Shown here: positions 39,601 through 50,809 of the stretch, piece after piece
Layout of the letters: every line of letters begins with the position of its first letter
How positions within the stretch are numbered: position 1 is the stretch's first letter
DNA from: Tubiluchus corallicola
Lineage: Eukaryota; Animalia; Priapulida
Direction: 5' to 3'
Length of the DNA stretch: 64,000 nt
Assembly: GCA_030141605.1 (NCBI GenBank)
Contig: JAQGDQ010000264.1
Location: 124,001-188,000 of the forward strand
Program-made: the position numbers and the translations under genes
Notes under the pieces: model-generated
The model's database searches: none
Told to the model about the DNA's origin: nothing
Seen by the model: the letters and a program-made list of their open reading frames with translations, nothing else

Positions 39601-42600
39601 CATTAGCAGGCACCTAATGGCAATAGAAATTAACAAGTTCTGCTGGTTCCCCGGCAGGTGGCGTAGATCTTGGCCGGTAAACTGAGGTGTATCTATACCT
39701 GAGCATCATTTATGTCTGGCACACAAGTGTGACAAGACATTTGTTAAATAGTCTGTGTTTAGTTTTGCAAGGCTGTAGTGGTGGTATGTTGGTCTGTTGA
39801 GATCTGTAAGACTTGGTACTTTGAAAAAGTGAAGCTTAGCCTGTAGGTGAAACTGTATCTTTTGCTGAGATATAATGCAGTTCCGTTTCTGATTCTGCTT
39901 TTCTGGATTAGTCCAGGAAAATTTTGAGCAACTATTGTACAAACTGACAGCCTTACACAGTGTTTTACGATGTGGTCAACCGCTTCGTTATGTTCAAGTT
40001 CCACCTCTATCGCTTCTGCCGATACCTACTGCACATTTTGTGATTATTGCACCTGGAGTGGTTTAGGAAAAGCCGGAAGAAATTTCTTTGAGCAGTCCGG
40101 GTTGATTTACCTGGAATCTGAAGATGGGTAAACACAGCCTTGCTACTTGGTTTCAGCATTTTTGGTTATTTGCTTAATATTAATCTAAGTTCTGTTATAT
40201 ACTTATCTTCGGTGTAAAATATAATTATCAGTATTTTAAACACAATTGTACATATTTTATTACTTTGACTTAATCTTAGTTGTTTTGCTGCTAGAATGAT
40301 TTTTTTCTTGCTTGTTTAGTTTTATGTAAAATTAGTATCAGTGCTTTTAAAATATAATGTAGCATCCACAGAAACTTCCACTAACACTCTTGTTACTTAA
40401 CTCATTTTCATTTGTTTGCAAACTTGCCATTTAGATTGCTTGTATGTTAGATTGTCTGTTATATTGTCTGCATTTGAAAGTAGTATTAATGATCCCATTT
40501 CTTACAGGTTTTCAAGTACAACGGAAAGAAGTTCTAGGTATGGAAGGCACAGGAAACGTCGACGAAAACATCGACAAGCTCCTCTCAATAGGGTATGTCA
40601 TTTTTTGCTTCATGTAGGTTATACTAATGCACGTCAGTTTGTACTACTGCAATTATTGTGTAACATGGCGTGACTAATTTAAATCAAAATATCCAAATAA
40701 GGTTTTAGTAAATAATAAAATAGTATTGTTAATAGTTTACATAATGCTACAGCGATTTCGTTGTCACATTTTGTCCAACCTATGACTATGGCAATTTATA
40801 ATCATTGATAAAAAGAACTAATGTCAAGTCAGTGTCACATTGAACATGCTAATTTTGTATCCTAGTCAGGCCCCCAGTAGTGATTTTAACTCTTGTGAAG
40901 TTGTTATTATGCATAAGAGGCTTTAACAGCCAATTTCCATTTTGTCTTCTCATGAGGAACAAGTTTATTCTTTCATGTTAGATATTTGATGGCTACTTTT
41001 GTTTACCCATCTGTTGAGAGGCCCCTGACCCTTCATACTTAACCCTTTCTGCTCTCCTGCATCAACATGCTATTGTTTTTCAATCAGTTTAGCTCACACA
41101 CTTGTTAGTGTTCATCTATCACCTGGTGGAGCTGCTGTCTGCTGGTACTATTGTGCGGCAGTAACACCTTTGTTAACAGCCTTATGTAGAGTGACAATTT
41201 CTGGCTGTGGTTATTCCAAATGTAACATGTGGCTACCAGCATAGACCTGCATTGCATTTAATTAATTGATGCAAAGTAGGGCTCTATGTGAGTAGTACTG
41301 TGTGCTTATTAAAATAAGGCTCTTTCTTTCCTCTATTTCCTTCATTTATATAACTACATTTATATCATGTAGTTTAAAGGAAAGGCCAAGCCTTCTGGAA
41401 AGTTTAAGCTTATATTAATGTCCCCGAAAAATGTTAGCAGCATTTAGTAATAAAAATGTGATAAGCGCCTCATGTAAGTGGTGAAATCACTTTAAAGTCC
41501 TGAATATTTCACGCATGGGCACGTCAATTTTGAGAGCCCATTCTTCCACGTATGTCATCCATCGACTGAAGAAAAGCAGTGCATTAGTAATTTTGTTTCA
41601 AAAGTATAATAAGTTTTTACAAACAATTATACACCTAATTTTGTGATATTTTTGCATGACCATTAGATAAGCTGCAGAAGCTTTAATTAGTTTAAGCAGA
41701 GCACACCTACGGAAAGTCACTAAGTCCACCAATTTTTCTCATAGTTTTTAAGTGAATGTCGGCTAATACCGCGCCTCAAAATTTTTATACACAGCGGTAG
41801 TATAAATTAATTTTATGCTTTATAGACATTTTCTGCAAATTTCTTTGGTATATTTTAAGTTTAAGCGATAACAGTAACATAAACCCAACATTCTAAGTAA
41901 CTTGCCCTTTCCTTTAGAAATCAAAGCACTATTGACCAAATTAATAATCACTTTCAGACATAGATTTTTTCACATAACTTAAAGTTATTAAGTAATATTA
42001 ATGTTCAGAATTATATGCAAGTTGAGCTGCAAATTTTTAAGTCAGTTTTTCTCTCTAGCACCGACATTCAAATGTACAAACAAGCCACTTAATCATTATT
42101 CAGCCATTCACTTTTCCTTGTGCCTTTCTCAGAGCAACATTAACAAAACACAACTATATAATAAAATAAAAATACTTTTTGCATTTCTAAGCTTAATAAA
42201 CATTTCAAGTTTGGTTAGTTTTTGAAGGGGCTACACTTGAACTAATATGGGTAACATAATTGGTTTCCGGCATATTCTAACAGCATGTTTAAGATTGTCG
42301 AGTACTTGAACCAGCTATTCTTTTGTTTGATTACTTCTAGCAATTCATGTTTGCAGCTGTGGTTACCTATGGTGCTATAGCTAAGGTCTATGCTCTCCCG
42401 TGTACTGCAGTTTTTTGCCGATGATTGCTTCAATTTTCTTCAGTATTTTCCTGGGTGGGTTCTTGAGTTGTTGGGCTGTTTTCATGGCCCATGTAATTAT
42501 GGTCCGTGTTTTGATTAGAAGTGCATAATGGGGCTTCTATGGATACATAATGCCTTCTCTGTTTACTCATTCCTTTGATGCTGTTTTCACCGGACGGCGT

Positions 42601-45600
42601 CATGCTTCCACAGCCCCCTAAATTAAGGTGTTTTAATGTGCAGAAATGGTGTGGGCCAAGTAACAATGAGTCCGTTTTTCTTAGAGTCTTGGTCGGTGAT
42701 GGTAGTGTTTAAGCTAACCGCCCAGCATCAGTGTGGTGGAATTCTTGTTTTGGGTGAACTGCTGTTTGGAGGAATTTTAAATATTCCCTCAGTTTGTTTT
42801 GTTAAAGGATATGGTAACTTGATACGTATAATAGTGTAATAATGAACTATTAGACTGTATTAAAGTGGTATGTGGTGTGTACATTATTAAAGAATGGTAT
42901 TGTATTATCGAAAGTTGAAAAGCACTGTAGATCCATATCACATGGAATTTTGCTTGTCATCGACTTTGTTGTCATACTAGAAGAATTTTAAAGTGATGAC
43001 AACATAATTAATTTTGTGGAAGTATATACATCCATTACAATGGGGGAGTTTGTACGGCACTCCTTAAGTGGTCACCACTTGTTCAATGAACTTAAGCTAC
43101 TGGAGCAAAATTAGAGAAACTCTTCAAAATGTGTCAAAGATGCCTTGACCAACTAAAGGTACACAATTTGCTTGTTGCTTTATTACGATCTGGTCTAAAG
43201 TGGGCAGGAACAAACAAAACTTGCGTCACTTAGCCTTGGATTAACTGCTTTAGTTGCAGATCAAGCATTGAATTATTGTAAATCATTTCCACACAACAAA
43301 TTGAATGTTTCTGAGACTTATTCGATTTACAATAAAGCATTAATAATGATTAAATTAAAAACAAATTTTCAGTCAAACTAGCTTATTCAATCATTAGAGT
43401 ACAAAGTGGCATTTAATGAATTATTTACTTTTTCTATCTGTTCTCTCTCTCTCTCTCTCTCTGTGTATTTCCTTCCACTATTTTTTTCTCGCTTCGTCTC
43501 TCTCCCACTCTGTCTCACCGTCTCTTTCTCTCACCTACACATATGCAATTTTCTCACAGAACTCTCGTTTGGAACAGTGCTGGTCATTTTTTTCTAAGGT
43601 AAACTTCTTGCTTTTTTACTGGTTTATTTTTGCTCTCGCCTGGACAAAAGCACCTGTGTGTTTTGCAAACTTTACTGTTCAATGGCAGATGAGTTTAGAA
43701 ACCCAACATATACATGTTTGCTTGCTACCTGCCTGTTTGCTTACTGCATTACTGATATTATTATGCAAAGTAGTTTTACTTCTTTTACTATCCGCCCCAG
43801 AATTTTTATATATTTTAATAGTTTCATAAACTGTGAATTTCTGCCTAGGTTAGCAATCTATTTTGTTTGTTATTGTACTTTAATTCAAATTTACTTTTTG
43901 ACAATATCGTAAATTGCTAAATTGCTACTACAGTGACAGAAAATTTAAAATGCTTTTGTATTATTTTTACTTTTATAAATCTGAAAAAATCCAAGGTACA
44001 GTACGAATTTTCTGGTTACGTACAAGGCGCAACCAGACCCACATGATGTGTTTTGATTGTGAGTATGCAAAAAGCAGACGTGTTTGATATATCACGGATA
44101 TACGGAAAATTTAATTTAACTTATAAATTTAGTTTAGATCAACAAACTTGATCTGTGATGCAGTTTACCAGCATCATCCAACGAAAAGTGCAATGCAACT
44201 AATTTATCACTCCTGTTAGAGTAAAAAATATCATCTCTCACAATGAAACCATTATGCTTATTTTTCAGGCGTCTTCCTTTAGCAGCATTACGGATTCTAC
44301 CATGTCATTGAATATCATCACAGTAACTCTTAACATGGGTGAGTGCGCAACATTACATTCATCTTAAAGATGTTAATTTACACTCTGTTAAGCTGATATT
44401 AAGGATTCTAGCAAATCACAGTCATAGAAATAACATTTATCATGCAGCTGCACGACCTCAAAAATTAATAATTTGCTTTAATTGATGTCAGTTGGTTTAA
44501 GTCTTTTGTAAAATTTTGTAGTGCATGTTTGATTGACTCTTAAATTTGTTGAAATGGGGATTTTTGTCGTTATGCTAATGTTTTACGTCAAATGTTGCTG
44601 TATATAACTTGCTAATTCTCGTTATCACCTTGTGTGTGACTTTCTTTGGTAGCCCTTAAGCCATCCATCTTTATATTTATCATTTTGCTGAGATTTGTTT
44701 TCAGATACTGTAAACTTTCTTGGAATCAGTATAGTTGGACAGAGCAATAAGGGTGGAGATGGGGGAATATACGTGGGCTCCATTATGAAAGGGTAAGTTG
44801 ACCAAATTTCTCTTGTATTAGTTTCCTTCTGTACCTGCTTTTTCACTCAAAAATCCAATTTATAATTAATTCGCTTGATTTTGGGTTCTTGTCGTTTTGC
44901 CAGTTTTTTGTAACTTCTTTTTATTATGTAGATTATTAATTTCAAATTACTACTTGCTGTTTTGCAAGCATTTGTTTATCTTTAATGATACCGTGTTACT
45001 AATTCTGTTTGATTTAAAATTATTATTCTGACAGCTCCTTCACCTTCGTAAGTTTGTGAAAACACAGTACTGGTTTATTTTTGACATTATCAGCCAAGTC
45101 TATAATTTATATATAAAATACTAATTTTGTTTCCTCAATATGCGTGGATGGCCATTGTGGTGAAAAGCATGTTTTTTGCTTTCCTAATAAATAATGGTGG
45201 CAGCCAGTACCTGTATTTAGCAATTAGCAGCAACTGCTAACAGACAGATGAATTTCTAAGAACCCGTTGCTACAATAGCGTGTTATTCATTTGAAACTGC
45301 AGGCAGTTTTCAAATCATATGAAAACCACTGCAGTTGATTTGCATTCACTTGGTAAATGCCCTTCAGCAAGGAATTAAACACCACTCTTTGTGGTGTATG
45401 CCGACATAAGGACACCTATGTATATACTGAAGTTCAAAAGCTCAAAATACAAGTAATATTGTTAAAAATTTACTTTCTGCCTTTTATGCTCCTGCTTCAC
45501 CAAAAAAAAAGCACCGAGCAGCCTTGTAATTATTAGGCAGTTACTTTTTTGTTTAGTGAGATGAAATCCTTTCTTAAACTCCAATAAGATAGTTATTAAT

Positions 45601-48600
45601 ATTAATTGACACCGTGTTCTGTTTCAGTGGTGCTGTAGCAGCTGATGGTAGAATTGAACCTGGAGACATGATTCTACAAGTTAATGAGATTAGCTTTGAG
45701 AATATGAGTAATGATGATGCTGTTCGTGTTCTACGTGAAGTTGTGCACAAACCTGGGTAAGTTAGGCGAAATACTAATGTAAATTCTACATTTCATAAGC
45801 TTAGCATTAATTAGCGCAAAAAACAACATTAACACATGGTGCCATTTTAGAAATATACCAAATTTAAAATTATCAACGTGTAATAGTCTATAGGAAGTGA
45901 CTCATCGACTGTATTGACCTTGTTTCTCCAGCTAAATTTCACTTAGCAGTATTTCGATTTTTGAATGTAGAAATAATTTTTTTAAAGAACTCATAGTCAC
46001 AGTTTTGCTGAGCTAAGCCTGTCTTTAATCTCAGTCTTTTGTGGCAGGAATTGCTTGATTATTTTACAACATAGAACTTGCTCTGTGGTTTCATAAAAAT
46101 GTTATGAAACTTGTTGTACAGTGAGTTATTTGTCAGACTTTTTGATTCTGTTGTTTGCATTTTAGCCCAATTAAGTTGGTTGTAGCCAAATGTTGGGACC
46201 CTAATCCTAAAGGATATTTTACAATCCCTCGATCTGAACCTGTGAGGCCTATTGATCCTTCAGCATGGGTAGCTCACACTGCAGCAGTCAGAGGTAAAAT
46301 AACTGATTTTACGCACATTTTTTGTTAATGTCGATAGGTTCTTAATAAATAAGTTATTGCTCGATTAGCTTTGCTTGCTTTATGACTGCAGGTTTCTATG
46401 TGTGTTAACACTTTCTGTTGCAGTAATTGCTTTATTTTTGTCTGCTAACAGCTTTAACTGAGTTTTATCATCAGCGTTTTGTTAAGCATTTTTTGCATGA
46501 CATTTTGATCAATTTGTGATGTCTGGTTTATGCTTTTGTGTTTTGCTTGAGTTTTTCTAATATGACATCTAGGCGATGGTCTAGCATCTACATCTGATGT
46601 TGCAGGTGAATATCCGGGGCGGCCGGCAGGACATCTTAGCCAATCACTAAGTACCATGACATCAACCTCATCTTCCATTACAAGCAGCATCCCCGAATCT
46701 GATCGTAAGTAACTCAGTAAACTATGTAAGCTTTAACAGTGCCATCTGCTGGCAGATTTTTGTTACTATAGATTTGAATGTTTGCATGTTGGAGCTATAA
46801 CCGTAAAAACGTTTCCTTTATGTATTGTATGTAAAAATGCTACCTAACCATTTACTAGTACCAATAGATCCTAATATTTGCTAAAAAGAAGACTCATGCC
46901 AGTTACTCATAAAATAATCTGCAGTAATGACAGTTGTGTGACAAGTATTTGTGGTGCCCGGAGGCAAAAAACGTCTGTCGGACTACCCGTTTAATGTTTT
47001 GATCATTCGTTACATGGACGAAGCCACAAATTGTGCACGTTTTTGTATCCCTGAGCTCGACTTTTGTTTTTCGATATGATGGGATAAAGATCAACAGAGC
47101 TTTTTTCTAAGAATCACCCTGAGTTTGATTTGTGGTACTGCACCAGAGTAACTCTTTTCTATGCATTAGTTGTGTGTAATGTGGCAGTCCTTAAACATGC
47201 AAAGATTATGAAAGATGCAAAACACTACAGGTTTTCACACTAATGCAGTCAGCAGAGAAATGCCACTGTTGCACCCACCTTGCTACGCCTCTGAGTAACA
47301 TTATAGAAATGAAAAAACTGTTTTCACAGCATGTTATTACCTTCTTTACAACAAACAACAGAAATATTCTATATGAACTTGAGTGTAACTATTGTACATT
47401 TTATTTTATAAAAATATTTGATTGAAAATTATGTGGCTTGCATTAATTGTAAATCCATATTGTAAATCCAGCTGTTTGTGATGCAAAGTAACATTAATGG
47501 CATTGCTGTTAAAGAAATAATAAATTTTTGCCTATATTAGGTCCATTTGACGATATCCAGCTGACAGTAGATACAGATATGGCTAGCATAGTGAGAGCGA
47601 TGGCACGTCCGGATTCCGGCTTGGACATTCGCGATCGCATGTGGCTGAAGATTACTATACCTAATGCATTTATAGGTAAGGGTGGAAGGAGGGTCCTTTT
47701 AGCACTAATTGAAGAAGTTGAAATGCTTTTACAACAATCGGCTTCAAAAATGTTTTATTTACCAATTCTCTGTTCTCATCATTTCTGTAATTATTACAAG
47801 AAAATAAGGTAAAGAAGTTTGTCGCTTTAGAGATTCGGCAATTCTGTAATTTGAAACAGAAAAATGTCATTAGTTGGGACTGTGGTTTTATAAATTCTTA
47901 CAAGTGCTTGATCATGAAATCTCCTTTTTCTGTTGTAAATTAAATGTGTTATTTGATCACTTGTGATCTAGGTTCTCAGTAATTAGTTTTTAAAACATTT
48001 AATATTTAGTTGGTAATGTGCCTCTGACACAAACTATATACGCATACCTATTTTTGGCACTGATGGAGATTTAAATTGATTCTTTTATCCAATTTAAAGG
48101 TGCTGATGTTGTGGATTGGTTATATACGCACGTAGAAGGCTTCACTGATCGCCGAGAAGCCCGGAAATATGCCTGTGCCATGCTGAAGGCTGGCTTCATT
48201 CGACATACCGTCAACAAAATTACATTTTCAGAGCAGTGCTACTATGTGTTTGGTGATTTGTGCAGCAGTAAGTTTGATTTTTGGAAGAATTGTTTCAGTC
48301 ACAATTTGCATTCTCTGTTACATAAATTTTTATAACTTACTGTTGTTTCAAAACAAAATTTAAGAAAGCAGTATTGGTTAGACACTGAATAAACACCAAA
48401 GCTAGTTAATTAATAGATTCAACTTAGGAAAAATTTATAGTCAAGAAGTACACAGGTCTTATTCATGTGGCTTGTTTTCTACCTAAAGTTACCTTTCTTT
48501 TTATAAATCCACTTTCGAGTTCTTTAAACCCTTGAGTACATATAGTGAAATTTTCTTGCTAGGTTGAAACTATATTAGCTATTAAAGGCATTCTAACAAA

Positions 48601-50431
48601 CCTAAAAATTTTCTAGAGGTTTCTATATTTCAACTGCGATTTACAGGTATGTCCGCTCTTAGCCTGGGCGATGATTTTGATTCTGTAAGCTGTTCTGAAG
48701 CTGACAGGGACACCTTAGCGCCGCTTCCCCCTCCAACTGCTGGTAGTCCGTGGGGTGGCGGACAGATGCCCTATTCTGGCAACTACCTCCCACAGTCTAC
48801 AGGATACGCACCAATGCCATTTAATTTTACAAATGATAGTGCTAATTATACAACTTACGGAGGCCTAGGTCCAACACCATGTAGTAATGGAAGTCTACAC
48901 AGTGGTTCAGGGGGTATGTATATAAGTCATCAGATATTAATACTTTCTTGTATGCACTCGAACATGGCTAATGATGTGCAGTTGAGTGAAAATAAATCGT
49001 AATTCAACTTAATGTATGTGACAGTTAATCAAACTGTATAGATAGTAGCAAGTCAATTAACTACCGGAAGACGGTTATTATTTTTTCTAATGCATTATGA
49101 GGCGTTAGCCTGCATTTATAATTACATGCTTACCTCTAAAAATAAAATTAAGCGTTGCAGTCTCAAACTTCTGAATTGCTCTGTTATTTCAAAAGTATGC
49201 TAATTACGTTCGATGCACAACCTCAGCAGCCAAGCAAAATTACCTTGAGCAATGAGCACACACTATCCATGCACAAATGCCAGCAATAGGCTGGGAAACA
49301 CTCTCGAAATCTGCCAATAGGACGCTGAATGGTTGAACAAGCTGAGGCTGTATTATATGTACCTGTTAACTTTGAGAAGTTAGTCTTATCTTTTGGTGTA
49401 TTACAAATAATCAATATAATTACGGGCTAACTACTATTGTGAATAGTAAACAAGTTTTTTTTCATAATTTCATCAGACAACGATTAAAGCAATTAAATGG
49501 TTATATTAGTACCTTGTATACTAGTAGTTAAACACTAAACCAAGTTTGTAGCTAAATTTATGTACAGATGTACTTTAAACTTTGTCTGTAGTTTATCCAT
49601 AAAAGAACCTTGTGAAGCCATATCATGATTTCTTAGCATCTCACTTTCTACTCAAATGTGCAATTGGGCAATCAGCTAATGGTCTTAAATATTGTGTAAG
49701 ACATCAGAATTACAAATTTTCACTGATGCTAAATTTTAAATTTTCGCGTTAACTAAATTTTCGTACTGAATACATTTATAATAAACTTCTGTTAGATCTT
49801 TTGTCATTAGTATGTAATGAATAGTTAAATAGGATTGAAATAAGCTCTTACGGCCAGTAATCTCTCCAAAAATTCTTTCAGGATTTAATTTTGACTTCCT
49901 GTAATCACAAGCTTAAATTCATTGCCCGTTGCAGCAATTGTAATGTCATTACGTCAGATTAGGTCTGAGATCAGATGGAATTGGAGATCGATTGGATTGG
50001 ATCTGAACACAAGTTTCCATGTCGGCACATTCCTGCTCTCCTAGCTTTTGAAAGTCATGCCAAAACCTTGTTTATCAGTCTTCTAAGTTGGTCAATCTTC
50101 TAAACAACGTTTTATTATATTGTCTTTATGATTCATTCGTTATTCATAATTATCATGTTTGACAGGTAGTAGCAATGGTTCTGGAGGCAAGAAAGAGAGA
50201 TCCAATCGTAAATCACCTAGTCCCGGAAATAGTACAAGTGATTCCGAGTCGCAGGGCGGTGGTGTTCGCCGTGGCGGATCCAGTGGTAGCGAGCACTCCG
50301 TCTCTACTGTTGCATCTCAACGAGAAGTGGGAGGCAGACTTGACCAAATCCCGCCGGATGTGGGAGCTTCTCGGCAGTCGTTCCGCTTAGCAATGGGCAA
50401 CCCTTGTGAGTTTTTTGTTGATGTTATGTGA
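607..50431 (+). CDS. DVL: Dishevelled, spliced gene model, 5'-partial (15 coding exons: 607-676, 18598-18728, 24459-24529, 33537-33593, 37387-37525, 40508-40592, 44269-44338, 44705-44792, 45628-45756, 46166-46293, 46606-46704, 47541-47675, 48100-48267, 48647-48913, 50166-50431)
   Basis: All exons have AG/GT boundaries with matching phases; the sum is 1903 nt = 1 + 634 codons including the stop. Diagnostic motifs: [11 protein letters not shown] (DIX end), [35 protein letters not shown] (PDZ), [16 protein letters not shown] and [11 protein letters not shown] (DEP), [20 protein letters not shown]. Confidence 0.97.
2116..2605. repeat. Inverted repeat, 189-bp arms (2116-2304 / 2417-2605)
   Basis: Arms are reverse complements with 3 mismatches that I could find; the same peptide appears in the + and - ORFs. 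Confidence 0.95.
2309..2692. repeat. Second, interleaved inverted repeat, 80-bp arms (2309-2388 / 2613-2692)
   Basis: tgataaaacataaccatcacc...tgcccaca is the reverse complement of tgtgggca...ggttatgctttatca with about 2 mismatches. Confidence 0.92.
3240..3282 (+). ncRNA. Minimal hammerhead ribozyme-like motif (probably decayed)
   Basis: CTGATGA-A-GGGAA(cagtagt)TTCCC-GAAA-TGTC; stem I register imperfect. Confidence 0.45.
6567..7004. mobile_element. Degenerate TTAA-flanked TIR element (Kolobok-like)
   Basis: TTAA-AGGAAGCCCGGC at the left; GCAGGGCTCCTTCA-TTAA at the right; imperfect match. Confidence 0.4.
8200..8490 (-). mobile_element. Penelope-like terminal remnant with hammerhead-like core
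   Basis: Minus strand CTGAGGA-C-GACTGC(loop)GCAGTC-GTAACGTA followed by AATAAA; upstream [13 protein letters not shown] weakly resembles a GIY-YIG C-terminus. Confidence 0.4.
11885..12004 (+). mobile_element. LINE (CR1/L2-group) 3' end stem-loop and tail
   Basis: GGGGTGAG-TGAGTAGAT-GACC TAC GGTC-TTTC-CTCGCCCC hairpin, then AATAAATGTCTGTGTCTAT. Confidence 0.6.
12182..12254 (+). mobile_element. tRNA-derived SINE head / tRNA pseudogene
   Basis: A box TGGTACAATGG, B box GTTCGAGTCC; TGGTTAGCATAGCTG resembles tRNA-Gly; stems imperfect; related copy at 34254. Confidence 0.65.
14828..15190 (+). CDS. Candidate alternative N-terminal exon of Dishevelled (121 codons, replaces DIX)
   Basis: Long hydrophilic open frame MSHYKLAK...[12 protein letters not shown] ending exactly at GGG|gtaagt in phase 0, matching the phase-0 acceptor at 18598. 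Confidence 0.55.
18598..18728 (+). CDS. DVL: Dishevelled exon, post-DIX
   Basis: tttcag|TTG GTT CCT...TTC CA|gtaagt; LVPAEG...[14 protein letters not shown](H); phase 0 to 2. Confidence 0.95.
19370..19770 (+). mobile_element. Penelope-like element, GIY-YIG endonuclease C-terminal remnant
   Basis: [24 protein letters not shown]...[19 protein letters not shown] fits the Penelope SAI..HL...C....F.I.......L...E..YI....P.LC pattern; eroded hammerhead-like string at 19715-19765. Confidence 0.65.
22950..23300 (-). mobile_element. Highly decayed LINE fragment
   Basis: [11 protein letters not shown] resembles the post-RT K..LY...V.P motif; weak. Confidence 0.3.
23935..24118 (-). mobile_element. LINE 3' end with stem-loop and (TCTATG)n tail
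   Basis: (ATAGAC)3 at 23935-23954 next to ttttatt; hairpin GAGAAAGGGTAGC...GACC AATT GGTC...GCTACCCTTCTC at 24065-24115. Confidence 0.7.
24459..24529 (+). CDS. DVL: Dishevelled exon
   Basis: ttttcag|T TCT AAA...CGA AGA G|gtaaga; [23 protein letters not shown] (Dvl TETES-like motif); phase 2 to 1. Confidence 0.9.
24874..24940. repeat. 31-bp tandem duplication (about 2.2 copies)
   Basis: CCTTTTCAGTAGCTTA(C/A)TTACACACCGTGAC twice. Confidence 0.9.
25180..26860 (-). mobile_element. Decayed L2/Crack-group LINE, RT to 3' tail
   Basis: Minus strand [19 protein letters not shown] (FADD remnant), [11 protein letters not shown] and [19 protein letters not shown]; (TCTATG)n tail at 25180-25196. Confidence 0.8.
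29429..29480 (+). CDS. Candidate alternative first coding exon of Dishevelled ([17 protein letters not shown])
   Basis: ATG with A at -3 (gcagcATG), 17 codons + 1 nt, then CAG|gtattt in phase 1, matching the acceptor at 33537; locally CpG-rich. Confidence 0.5.
32900..32973 (+). CDS. Candidate alternative terminal exon of Dishevelled ([24 protein letters not shown])
   Basis: Pyrimidine-rich acceptor gttttcttgttctag; phase-1 reading matches the donor at 24529; ATTAAA about 80 nt after the stop. Confidence 0.3.
33537..33593 (+). CDS. DVL: Dishevelled exon (His/Arg-rich, symmetric 57 nt)
   Basis: ctctcacag|AT CGA CAC...CAT G|gtatgt; [19 protein letters not shown]; phase 1 to 1. Confidence 0.8.
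34254..34327 (+). mobile_element. tRNA-derived SINE head, second copy
   Basis: GCAATGGTTAGCATAGCTGCC...CAGAAGGT...TCGAGTCC; shares a downstream TTGYTTTCAYGYGTTTATWTGAT string with the 12182 copy. Confidence 0.6.
36753..36960 (+). CDS. Candidate alternative first (or internal 36827-36960) exon of Dishevelled
   Basis: [30 protein letters not shown]...DCMADE then A|gtaaag in phase 1, matching the acceptor at 37387; internal tttgcag acceptor at 36826. Confidence 0.48.
37387..37525 (+). CDS. DVL: Dishevelled exon
   Basis: ttccag|GT CCC CGG...AGC AG|gtttgt; GPRLNGH...[19 protein letters not shown]; phase 1 to 2. Confidence 0.93.
40508..40592 (+). CDS. DVL: Dishevelled exon, basic region
   Basis: ttacag|G TTT TCA...AAT AGG|gtatgt; [28 protein letters not shown]; phase 2 to 0. 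Confidence 0.93.
41378..41913. mobile_element. Non-autonomous TIR element, Kolobok-like
   Basis: TTAA-AGGAAAGGCCAAG...CTTGCCCTTTCCT-TTAG; 12/13 TIR match, degenerate TTAA target site. Confidence 0.6.
43441..43532 (+). repeat. CT microsatellite / long polypyrimidine tract
   Basis: (TC)10 at about 43442-43461 followed by further CT-rich sequence. Confidence 0.85.
43560..43598 (+). CDS. Candidate 39-nt cassette microexon of Dishevelled ([13 protein letters not shown])
   Basis: About 130-nt CT-rich tract, then cacag|AAC...AAG|gtaaac; symmetric phase 0-0 inside a phase-0 intron; no stop. Confidence 0.55.
44269..44338 (+). CDS. DVL: Dishevelled exon, start of PDZ
   Basis: tttcag|GCG...ATG G|gtgagt; [23 protein letters not shown]. 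Confidence 0.96.
44705..44792 (+). CDS. DVL: Dishevelled exon, PDZ
   Basis: ttcag|AT ACT GTA...AAA GG|gtaagt; [30 protein letters not shown]. Confidence 0.96.
45628..45756 (+). CDS. DVL: Dishevelled exon, PDZ
   Basis: tttcag|T GGT GCT...CCT GG|gtaagt; [43 protein letters not shown]. Confidence 0.96.
46166..46293 (+). CDS. DVL: Dishevelled exon, PDZ end and proline-rich region
   Basis: ttttag|C CCA ATT...AGA G|gtaaaa; [42 protein letters not shown]. Confidence 0.96.
46606..46704 (+). CDS. DVL: Dishevelled exon (in-frame alternative acceptor possible at 46573)
   Basis: gttgcag|GT GAA TAT...GAT C|gtaagt; [33 protein letters not shown]. Confidence 0.88.
46737..46754 (-). promoter_or_regulatory. 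CTCF-like motif
   Basis: Minus strand TGCCAGCAGATGGCACTG matches the CCASYAGRKGGCRS core. Confidence 0.45.
47541..47675 (+). CDS. DVL: Dishevelled exon, DEP N-half
   Basis: attag|GT CCA TTT...ATA G|gtaagg; [38 protein letters not shown]. Confidence 0.96.
48100..48267 (+). CDS. DVL: Dishevelled exon, DEP C-half
   Basis: ttaaag|GT GCT GAT...AGC A|gtaagt; [15 protein letters not shown]...[21 protein letters not shown]. Confidence 0.96.
48647..48913 (+). CDS. DVL: Dishevelled penultimate exon
   Basis: ttacag|GT ATG TCC...GGG G|gtatgt; contains [11 protein letters not shown] typical of the post-DEP region. Confidence 0.92.
50166..50431 (+). CDS. DVL: Dishevelled last coding exon
   Basis: tgacag|GT AGT AGC...ATG TGA; ends [21 protein letters not shown]. 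Confidence 0.96.
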
Positions 50432-50809
50432 ATGGGGCAAACTTGTAGTAACTCTTTCACTACTGCAGTGCTTGTTGGGCTTATTAATTATTGTGCTTCA
50501 GTGGTGAATGAAGAATTGAGTTTTAAAGCTTTTACAGTAGTAGTAATATCGTACAGTAGTTGAGCTGTATCAGTTTTCACATATCTGTTGATTTTAGTGT
50601 ATAGCTGTTTTCAGTTATTTTTATCGGTTCCCATTTTTGCACGTTGAGCATTTGATGTTATTTATTATGTAAAAATGAGTTTTCTTTCATCCATTTAATT
50701 TGTTCATAGTAGTTGGCTGCCTGTTAAATGTTAAATTGTGATATTGCAAATGCTTAAAATTAGTGCTGAAGTGCATAGTTGACCACAACTAATTGTAGTG
50801 AAAGGGTTA

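Noticed and set aside
42430-42666. Minus-strand ORF with an H..GGC pattern like the zinc knuckle of restriction-like-endonuclease non-LTR elements
   Set aside because: CCHC motif incomplete; cannot be supported by eye
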